IMG/VR virus record: IMGVR_UViG_3300030060_004050
Coordinates: 1-64,000 of that record
Length of the DNA stretch: 64,000 bases
Source: a virus
Reading direction: 5' to 3' (one strand)
Part shown: piece after piece, positions 56,833 to 64,000 of the stretch
Layout: the number at the start of each line of letters is the position of its first letter
Numbering within the stretch: position 1 is the first letter of the stretch
The notes under the pieces: generated by a model
Told to the model about the DNA's origin: nothing
Seen by the model: the letters and a program-made list of their open reading frames with translations, nothing else
The model's database searches: none
Made by a program: the position numbers and the translations under genes

Positions 56833-57423
56833 ATGAACATTAATACTTTTAAGAACAATCTAAAGCAAGGTGGAGTTCGACCGAATCTCTTCAGAGTTAA
56901 CGGTCAAATCGGTCCAGAAGGGACAGACGATTCAGTTAGTTTTCTATGTAGATCTGCTGCACTACCAGCGTCAAATATGAGTACTATTCTTGTTCCTTTC
57001 CGTGGTAGACAGTTAAAACTACCCGGAAACAGAACTTTTGATGATTGGACAATCACAATCATCAGTGACAGCGAGTTCAATCTTCGCACTAAGTTTGAGC
57101 GTTGGTTCGAAGCAATCAATTCTACAATCGGAAACGTTGCAGAGCAAGCACACGACCTAAGTCAGGGAAGTTTCCTTGCTGGTGGTCTTTTCCCAACATG
57201 GAGCGTGGATCAACTAGATCGACAAAATAATCCAATCAAGACATACTCATTCTTCCACTGTTTCCCAACAGTGATTGGTGATATGGCACTTGATTCTGAT
57301 GCAAGTGATACTCTCTCTGAGTTCACAGTGACACTAAGTTACTCCTACTTCTTAGCGAGTGACGCACCTGATGCCAATCTCATCGAATCCGTCGATCTCG
57401 GCGCTGTCGGTGAAATCGGTTAA
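56833..57423 (+). CDS. gp19: Tail tube gp19
   Basis: GG.RPNLF.V, FLCRSA.LP and VPFRGR.LKL.G.RTFDDWTIT motifs. Confidence 0.95.
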   Translation: MNINTFKNNLKQGGVRPNLFRVNGQIGPEGTDDSVSFLCRSAALPASNMSTILVPFRGRQLKLPGNRTFDDWTITIISDSEFNLRTKFERWFEAINSTIGNVAEQAHDLSQGSFLAGGLFPTWSVDQLDRQNNPIKTYSFFHCFPTVIGDMALDSDASDTLSEFTVTLSYSYFLASDAPDANLIESVDLGAVGEIG

Positions 57424-57447
57424 TCAGATACAAAATGAGGATTTATA

Positions 57448-58959
57448 ATGCCAGAATTATTCGGATTTAGTTTCGGGAGAAAGAAGAATCCTGACGTACC
57501 AGTAAATGATGTAGAGTCTTTCGTCCCAAGAGATAGAGAAGATGGTGCTACAACAGTAGTATCAGGCGGTTTCTATGGATCGTATCTAGATCTCGAAGGT
57601 GATCAAAAATCAGATAGCGGATTTATCAACCACTATAGAACCATGATTCTTCAACCAGAGGTTGAGATTGCGGTTCAAGATATTGTCAACGAAAGTATTG
57701 TGTTTGATGATTACAGAACTCCTGTAAAATTAAATCTAGATCACTACGATCAAAGCAAAACAATCAAAAGTAAAGTCCAAGAAGAGTTCAAGGAAATTCT
57801 ATCTCTCCTTGATTTTAATAATAAAGGTATTGACATGTACAGGAAGTGGTTTGTTGATGGCAGACTATACTTCCACAAGGTGGTTGACGAAAAGAACACC
57901 AAAAAGGGGATCGTTGAATTACGACCTATTGATCCCACTCGAATTAAAAAGATTCGTGAGGTTAAAAAAGAAAAAGACAATAAGGGTGTAGAAGTAGTTA
58001 AAGAGACAAACGAATTCTACATGTACGACATGTCAGAAAAGACTTCTAAGTATCAACCACAGTTCGTACAAAAGGGAATCAAAGTATCTCCCGATGCAAT
58101 CTGCTACGTCACCTCCGGGTTGTTTGATTCTACTAAGAAAAAGGTAATCGGTTATCTACACAAAGCCATTCGTCCTCTGAATCAATTAAGAATGATCGAG
58201 GACTCCGTTGTCATCTATAGAATCTCCCGTGCGCCAGAAAGAAGAGTGTTCTATGTTGACGTTGGTAACCTACCCAAGAACAAAGCAGAGCAGTATCTAA
58301 AAGGTCTAATGAACCAGTATCGAAACAAACTTGTTTACGATGCAAACACTGGTGAAATTAAAGACGACAAGAAGCATATGAATATGCTTGAGGATTACTG
58401 GTTGCCACGAAGAGAGGGTGGTAGAGGAACAGAGATCTCCACACTTGATGGTGGACAAAACCTCGGTGAAATGGAAGACGTTCAGTACTTCCAGAAGAAA
58501 TTGTTCCGATCTCTCGGTATCCCTACCAGTAGACTAGAAGCCGAAAACGGTTTTAACATGGGACGAAGTGCTGAGATCACCAGAGACGAAGTTCGTTTTT
58601 CCAAGTACATCGAACGACTAAGACATCGCTTCAGTGATCTATTCATGGATCTTCTTAAGACTCAACTCATTCTGAAAGGCGTTATTACTGCTGATGACTG
58701 GAAGCATATCAGTCAAGACGGGTACATCGAATACGCCACTGACTCTTACTTCTCTGAACTAAAAGAATCAGAAATTCTTAAAGAAAGAATGGATGTGTTA
58801 AGAGAGGTCAATGAATACATAGGTAAGTATTACTCCATGGAGTGGATTCGTAAAAACATCCTTAAGTTCAACGAGGATGAAATTAAGGAAATGGATGCTC
58901 AGATGTCCAGCGAAAAAGAAGGCGGACTTTACTCAGAGGGGGATGAAGGAGAACTCTAA
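57448..58959 (+). CDS. gp20: Portal protein gp20
   Basis: YLHKAIRPLNQLRMIED..VIYR..RAPERR.FY.DVGNLP and EDYWLPRREGGRGTEI motifs. Confidence 0.97.
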   Translation: MPELFGFSFGRKKNPDVPVNDVESFVPRDREDGATTVVSGGFYGSYLDLEGDQKSDSGFINHYRTMILQPEVEIAVQDIVNESIVFDDYRTPVKLNLDHYDQSKTIKSKVQEEFKEILSLLDFNNKGIDMYRKWFVDGRLYFHKVVDEKNTKKGIVELRPIDPTRIKKIREVKKEKDNKGVEVVKETNEFYMYDMSEKTSKYQPQFVQKGIKVSPDAICYVTSGLFDSTKKKVIGYLHKAIRPLNQLRMIEDSVVIYRISRAPERRVFYVDVGNLPKNKAEQYLKGLMNQYRNKLVYDANTGEIKDDKKHMNMLEDYWLPRREGGRGTEISTLDGGQNLGEMEDVQYFQKKLFRSLGIPTSRLEAENGFNMGRSAEITRDEVRFSKYIERLRHRFSDLFMDLLKTQLILKGVITADDWKHISQDGYIEYATDSYFSELKESEILKERMDVLREVNEYIGKYYSMEWIRKNILKFNEDEIKEMDAQMSSEKEGGLYSEGDEGEL

Positions 58960-60050
58960 TGTCAAACACACATGATCTAGTAAACAGTGCTTTAAATAAA
59001 AATCTACAAGAATTTAGACAGCATTTCTCTAAAGTGTTGGCAGAAAGATCTGTTGATTTTTTAGGTGCTAGATCTACAAATCTATCTAAAGAATTGGTTA
59101 CCGAGTGTGAGTGTGGTTGCGATGCTCCCATAGATGAGGTAAAAACCTTACATCAAGACACCCATAAGATTAAAAAGACAAGAAATGGGTATCAGTTGTT
59201 TATCTATAGTCCAAGCACTGGTAAGTTTATCGCACAAGGACCTCCACACAAAACAAAAAGAGCAGCAGAAAAAGACGCAAGGAAGTTTCTAGAAAGTCTA
59301 GACGAAGAAAAGGCAACTTCAAGGAATATTGTCAAGGGACTCTCTGATGCTGATGGACCGTTTACCGTTGTAGCAATCAAAAACAACAAGGTAATTAAAC
59401 AAGAAGGCACCAAGATGAAAAACATGCTTCCTGCTATCGTTAAAGAGATGCGGAAAGATGTTGGTCGTGGGGTTACAATTTCCATCGAGGACAGAAAGGG
59501 AACTATTCGTAGTACCTTTAAGGAACAAAAAATCAATGAGGCAGTAAAAAGCGTTGATCAAAAAATTGCCATTAACGTATATAACAAACTAAAAAAAGGT
59601 GATAAAGTAAGAGTAAATTTTGGTAACGTAATGTCCATGAACTCAAAACCAATCGAATTAGTTGTAACAAGTCCTCATAGAATTGTAGGTAAATCAAAAG
59701 TCGGTAGAATTATTCTCAAGAACCCAAAGAATATGGGGGGTGTAAAGTACACACTATACAACCGGGGTGGAAAAGTTTCACTCGCTCAGGGAGATATGGG
59801 AACAGTTCTTAAAGATATTCAGATTATCAAAGAATCAAACCTCTATTCTATCGCAGAATCGGCAAGAACCAAAATGCCGGTTGATATAGATATAGATGGA
59901 AATATCGTTCACGTTACACCAGATGTATCAGAGCGAATAGTAGACTTACACGATGAATTGAATGAATCGAATCAAAAAGACATGATCAAACTTTTAGAGT
60001 CTGATACGAGTTCATTCTTAAAACTAGTTAAATTCACTCAGGAGAGGTAA
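58959..60050 (+). CDS. Prohead core protein (gp67/gp68-like) with inserted modules
   Basis: Lies between gp20 and gp21; several LxE/IxE sites; C-terminal L...NQ..M...L..S...F.K.V.F. Confidence 0.6.
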   Translation: MSNTHDLVNSALNKNLQEFRQHFSKVLAERSVDFLGARSTNLSKELVTECECGCDAPIDEVKTLHQDTHKIKKTRNGYQLFIYSPSTGKFIAQGPPHKTKRAAEKDARKFLESLDEEKATSRNIVKGLSDADGPFTVVAIKNNKVIKQEGTKMKNMLPAIVKEMRKDVGRGVTISIEDRKGTIRSTFKEQKINEAVKSVDQKIAINVYNKLKKGDKVRVNFGNVMSMNSKPIELVVTSPHRIVGKSKVGRIILKNPKNMGGVKYTLYNRGGKVSLAQGDMGTVLKDIQIIKESNLYSIAESARTKMPVDIDIDGNIVHVTPDVSERIVDLHDELNESNQKDMIKLLESDTSSFLKLVKFTQER

Positions 60051-60051
60051 A

Positions 60052-60480
60052 ATGGACCAAAGAGTAAACAATATTTTAAACCAAATTCTTAATGGTAATC
60101 TAGTAGAGACTAAGGATGAACTCCAGTCTGTTCTTTTCTCAAAAGCAAACATGTTCATTGAGGGTAAAAAGAAGAGCAACCTATACGGTGAGTTAGATCC
60201 AGTTGGTAAAGAAGACGACGACGTTGACAACGACGGAGATGTCGATTCATCCGACAAGTATCTAAAGAAGCGCCGTAAGGCTATTGGTAAGTCAATGAAG
60301 AATGAGCAAAGAAGACCTGTTGGAGAACCTAGACCGGGAAGTCCTTATGGTAAGCAAGATCCATACTCCGGAATGGATCCGCGAAAACGTCGAGAGATTG
60401 GTAAGAAAAGACCTTCCGCTGCTGTAAACTTTGCAAGAGCATCAGAACTATCTGGTGGTATGCCATCATCAATGGGTTGA
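60052..60480 (+). CDS. Prohead core-like protein
   Basis: LDPVGKED.D.DNDGDVD.SDKYL..RRKAIG motif, familiar from T4-like marine phages. Confidence 0.6.
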   Translation: MDQRVNNILNQILNGNLVETKDELQSVLFSKANMFIEGKKKSNLYGELDPVGKEDDDVDNDGDVDSSDKYLKKRRKAIGKSMKNEQRRPVGEPRPGSPYGKQDPYSGMDPRKRREIGKKRPSAAVNFARASELSGGMPSSMG

Positions 60481-60485
60481 AGTAA

Positions 60486-60881
60486 ATGAATCTATACGAA
60501 AAGTACAATCTACTAGAGCAAGGTATGCCCCCACAACTCGCAGCAATGATGGGTGGAGGTCCGGGAGGTCCGGGAGGTCCGGGAGGTCCACAGGGCCCCC
60601 CTCCTAGTATTGCAGATAAACTTTTTGATAGAGTTAGAGCATACCCAAAAATTGATTTATTCATTCAAAAGTTGCAACAAGCAGGAGTTTCAGACTCTCG
60701 TATTCTAGATGAGATCTATGAAAAATTTAAACCAGAGTTTGTTTATTTTGCTAAAGAAATAATTCAACAGGAAAACAAACCCAAACCACCTGCTGGACCT
60801 GGAGGTCCCGGTGGTATGCCTGGTATGCCTGGTATGCCTCCAATGCCTGCTGGTGAACCCATGGGTGCAGGAGGAGAATAA
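60486..60881 (+). CDS. Gly/Pro-rich head-internal / core protein
   Basis: Leader MNLYEKYNLLE|Q is shared with the island ORFs; GGP and PGM repeats; immediately before gp21. Confidence 0.6.
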   Translation: MNLYEKYNLLEQGMPPQLAAMMGGGPGGPGGPGGPQGPPPSIADKLFDRVRAYPKIDLFIQKLQQAGVSDSRILDEIYEKFKPEFVYFAKEIIQQENKPKPPAGPGGPGGMPGMPGMPPMPAGEPMGAGGE

Positions 60882-60885
60882 TCAA

Positions 60886-61530
60886 ATGAAACTAATTACA
60901 GAAACAACTGAAGACATTAAACTCATCAAAGAAAATGTAGAGGGTGGTAATCCAAACTATTACATTAGTGGTGTGTTTATGCAAGCCGAACAAAAGAACC
61001 GAAACGGGAGAATCTATCCCAAAGATGTTCTCATGAACGAAATTAAAAAGTATAATCAAGACTTTGTTTCGGGAAAGAGAGCATTTGGTGAACTTGGACA
61101 TCCGGACGGTCCAACCGTAAACCTAGAAAGAGTATCCCACCTTATTACAGATTTACATGAAAATGGCGATGATGTGATGGGTAAAGCAAAAATCATGGAC
61201 ACCCCCATGGGTAAGATTGTAAAGAATCTTCTTGATGAAGGCGCTCAACTTGGAGTTTCCTCCCGAGGAATGGGTAGTTTAGAAGAAAAAGGTGGTAAGA
61301 AAATCGTAGGTAAAGATTTTATGCTTGCTGCCGTTGATATTGTCGCAGATCCATCTGCACCAAATGCATTCGTCGATGGAATCATGGAAGGTAAAGAGTG
61401 GATTTGGGACAATGGTATGATCAAAGAGTCTACCATTGCTGGATATAAGAACATAATCAATAAAGCAAGTCAAAGAACAGAAGACGATATCGCAACTTTC
61501 TGTTTTGCCGACTTTTTGTCCAAATTATAA
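60886..61530 (+). CDS. gp21: Prohead protease gp21
   Basis: MKLITE, KNRNGRIYP, GELGHP, GVSSRG.GS and DIVADPSAP.AFV.G motifs; start at ATG 60886 after GGAGGAG. Confidence 0.96.
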   Translation: MKLITETTEDIKLIKENVEGGNPNYYISGVFMQAEQKNRNGRIYPKDVLMNEIKKYNQDFVSGKRAFGELGHPDGPTVNLERVSHLITDLHENGDDVMGKAKIMDTPMGKIVKNLLDEGAQLGVSSRGMGSLEEKGGKKIVGKDFMLAAVDIVADPSAPNAFVDGIMEGKEWIWDNGMIKESTIAGYKNIINKASQRTEDDIATFCFADFLSKL

Positions 61531-61535
61531 AAAAG

Positions 61536-61543
61536 TATAAATA
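61536..61543 (+). promoter_or_regulatory. T4 late promoter TATAAATA
   Basis: Exact consensus upstream of gp22. Confidence 0.8.
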
Positions 61544-61577
61544 AACCTATAAGTACCAAAACTAAGGAGAATCTCCA

Positions 61578-62936
61578 ATGAACAGTGTAATTAACAGCGC
61601 CCGAAACCTTATGGAGCGGGCACAGCAAGAATCGGCAAAACGATCAGACGGTAGAGTTGATTTAGTAATCTCTGAACTCAACTCTATGGGCGTTTCTGAT
61701 CAGTACATCGGCGGTGTTTTAGAAAGACTTTCAGTCTTCGACAACGAGTCCGACCTCGCAGAAGCAATCGACAGAGAACTTTACAAGGCAGCACAGTTCG
61801 CTCTTATGGAAGACGACGAAGAGGATGCTACTGGTAAGGGTTCTGAGGATGCTTCCGGTAAAGGTGCTGTCTTTGCTCGTCCCGTTGCAAAGCAGGACGC
61901 AGCAAGCACCCTAAAGGGTAAAAAGAAGAAGAAGATGGAAATGGCTCATGAGGGTTACCATGAAGATGCTCACGCTTCCATGGAAGATCCTGATGACGAA
62001 AAGAAGAGAATCAAGATGATGGCCGCGTACATGAAAGAGTACGGTGGTGGTATGAAGGAAATGCACCACGGTAAGAAGAAGATGAACGCTGGTTACCATA
62101 AAGAGATGGCTCATGGTGGTAAAAAGAAGATGAACGCAGGTCACATGATGAATGCTGGACACAGCATGAAGATGGAGCATCTCGACGCTCTGTTCTCCGG
62201 CGAAGATCTAACCCCAGAGTTCAAGGCAAAGACTGCTGCAATCTTTGAAGCAGCAGTTAACGCTAGAGTTGAAGAAGTTCAAGCAGAACTAGTTCGTCAG
62301 TCAAGAGACGTATTCGTAGAGGAAGTCACTTCTGCAAAGGCAGATATGGCAGAAAAACTAGACGATTACATGAACTATGTTGTCTCTGAGTGGATGAGCG
62401 AAAACGAACTCGCCATTGATTCTGGTATTCAGACTGAAGTTACTGAGTCATTCATGACTGGTCTTCGTGATCTCTTTGAGAGTCACTACATCGAAGTTCC
62501 TGAAAGCAAGGTTGATTTGGTTGATGCACTTACCAGCAAGGTAGATGCTCTTACTGAAAAACTCAACGAGAGCATTCATGAAAACGTTCAACTAAGCAAC
62601 GCAAAGACTGTATCAAACTGTGATGCACTCTTTGAAGCCGCTTGTCACGGACTAGCAGCAACCGAAGTTGAAAAGTTTAAGTCCCTCGCAAGAGGTATTG
62701 AATATCGAACCGAGGATGAGTTTGCTACCAAACTAGCAACCATCAAGGAAAGTTACTTTAACAGTTCAGCAAGAGGCGTTTCCGGACTTCTCACTGAAAC
62801 AGTTGAAGACTACACTCTACCCTCGAACGCAGTCGCCTCTACTCCTATCGTAGAGAATCTAGATCCAAGAATGTCTGCGTACTTCAACAGCGTTGGTAGA
62901 CTCGCTGATCACGAACGCCAGAACTCACAGTCGTAA
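61578..62936 (+). CDS. gp22: Prohead scaffold gp22
   Basis: LF.GEDLT.EFK.K...IFEAAV, LDDY.NYVV.EW..EN.LA and F..K...IKE.YF motifs. Confidence 0.93.
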   Translation: MNSVINSARNLMERAQQESAKRSDGRVDLVISELNSMGVSDQYIGGVLERLSVFDNESDLAEAIDRELYKAAQFALMEDDEEDATGKGSEDASGKGAVFARPVAKQDAASTLKGKKKKKMEMAHEGYHEDAHASMEDPDDEKKRIKMMAAYMKEYGGGMKEMHHGKKKMNAGYHKEMAHGGKKKMNAGHMMNAGHSMKMEHLDALFSGEDLTPEFKAKTAAIFEAAVNARVEEVQAELVRQSRDVFVEEVTSAKADMAEKLDDYMNYVVSEWMSENELAIDSGIQTEVTESFMTGLRDLFESHYIEVPESKVDLVDALTSKVDALTEKLNESIHENVQLSNAKTVSNCDALFEAACHGLAATEVEKFKSLARGIEYRTEDEFATKLATIKESYFNSSARGVSGLLTETVEDYTLPSNAVASTPIVENLDPRMSAYFNSVGRLADHERQNSQS

Positions 62937-63008
62937 ATTTTAAAATTACTATATAAAAAGAACTCATAAACAGGTCTTTAACAACAGACAAACAAGGAGA
63001 ATCATCAA

Positions 63009-64000
63009 ATGAGTAATCTCGAAACCGCAGCCCAGTTCTTGGGTGAGAAATGGAAGCCCATCATTGAGCATCCAAGTCTTCCCGCCATTAAGGACTCATA
63101 TAGAAAGAACGTCACAACCGTTCTTCTTGAGAACCAAGAGAAGGCACTTCAAGAGCAGGCTAACAACATTGTAGGTGGCGGTATGTCGCCTGTCGTAGGT
63201 AGTGAAGGTGAGATTAAGGGTTTCGATCCTATTCTTATCTCGCTCGTTCGTCGTGCTATGCCTAACCTAATGGCATACGATATCTGTGGTGTTCAGCCAA
63301 TGACTGGACCTACTGGACTTATCTTCGCACTTCGTGCTAAGTTTGCCACACAGGATGGTACTGAAGCCCTCTTCAACGAACCTGACTTTACCTTCTCCGG
63401 TTCTACCAGTGCAACTGGTGGTACTGGTATCACTCACGGTGCTTCCGGTACTGATGGTGATCCAATTGGTCAAGCAGCATTCCGAGATGGTGCTAGTGCT
63501 GATGGTAACGCCAACTCTTACTCCGGTGCTACCGTACAGGGTGGTCTTTCTACTTCTGTCGGTGAAGTCCTTGGTGCATCTGGTAACTTCGTATTCCCAG
63601 AGATGGCATTCAGCATCGAGCGAACCTCGGTTGAAGCCAAGACTCGCGCCCTCAAGGCAGAGTACACCACTGAACTCGCACAGGACCTCAAGGCTGTTCA
63701 CGGACTAGACGCTGAGACTGAACTTGCTAACATCCTTAGCACCGAAGTCCTTGCTGAAATCAACCGTGAAGTCATCCGTACCATCTACCGAATTGCTAAA
63801 CTTGGTGCCCAGCAGAGTGATCTCTACTTTGGACCAGGTGGTACTACAACTGCTGGTGCCCTCAAGGCAGCAACTGGTGGTGGTGCAACCGCTATCGCAA
63901 CTGCTGGACTCGGTGGTATCTACGACCTCGACAAGGACTCTGACGGACGTTGGAGTGCTGAGAGATTCCGTGGACTCCAGTTCCAGTTAGAGCGTGAAGC
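63009..64000 (+). CDS. gp23: Major capsid protein gp23 (partial, runs off the window end)
   Basis: Translated by hand: MSNLETAAQFLGEKWKPIIEH...FDPILISLVRRAMPNLMAYDICGVQPMTGPTGLIFALR; AAGGAG RBS; TATATAAA at 62950. Confidence 0.97.
   Translation, partial: MSNLETAAQFLGEKWKPIIEHPSLPAIKDSYRKNVTTVLLENQEKALQEQANNIVGGGMSPVVGSEGEIKGFDPILISLVRRAMPNLMAYDICGVQPMTGPTGLIFALRAKFATQDGTEALFNEPDFTFSGSTSATGGTGITHGASGTDGDPIGQAAFRDGASADGNANSYSGATVQGGLSTSVGEVLGASGNFVFPEMAFSIERTSVEAKTRALKAEYTTELAQDLKAVHGLDAETELANILSTEVLAEINREVIRTIYRIAKLGAQQSDLYFGPGGTTTAGALKAATGGGATAIATAGLGGIYDLDKDSDGRWSAERFRGLQFQLERE

Noticed and set aside
60811-60885. Extended N-terminus of gp21 as given by the ORF track
   Set aside because: It overlaps the upstream gene's repeat region. 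MKLITE at 60886 has a strong RBS and is the canonical start.
63267-63990. ORF-track entries 63267-63701, 63334-63708 and 63724-63990
   Set aside because: Alternative frames inside gp23, which the track omits because it has no stop within the window.

Overview
This 64 kb window comes from a large T4-like myovirus (T4 superfamily, cyanophage/pelagiphage-like gene order). The host cannot be determined from this window. There are four parts. (1) 1-5.0 kb: a visibly GC-richer early-type block with a divergent CobS-like AAA+ / CobT-like VWA pair around an intergenic region that carries a DnaA box. (2) 5.1-19.3 kb: an accessory island with a Flp pilin, about a dozen Pro/Gly-rich ORFs whose leaders end in L-x-E|Q (the motif at the predicted maturation site of this phage's own gp23), an FmdB zinc ribbon, a nuclease-like ORF, a non-coding element resembling 23S rRNA helices 69-71, an exonuclease and a LamG protein. 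(3) gp33 and gp32, then a minus-strand tail block (tape-measure-like, gp51, gp26, gp54, gp2, gp4). (4) 25.4-64 kb: the plus-strand morphogenesis block (gp48, 53, hub, 5, PAAR, 25, 6, 7, 8, DUF4815, fibres, 13-20, core proteins, 21, 22 and a truncated gp23). No tRNA, CRISPR array or mobile element was recognised. All family assignments come from motif recognition and synteny by eye; no database searches were run. Strongest leads: the 23S H69-H71-like RNA, the capsid-targeted cargo array, a 25-aa copy of the mature gp23 N-terminus inside one cargo ORF, a late-expressed Flp pilin, and a likely -1 frameshift joining gp26 to gp51.
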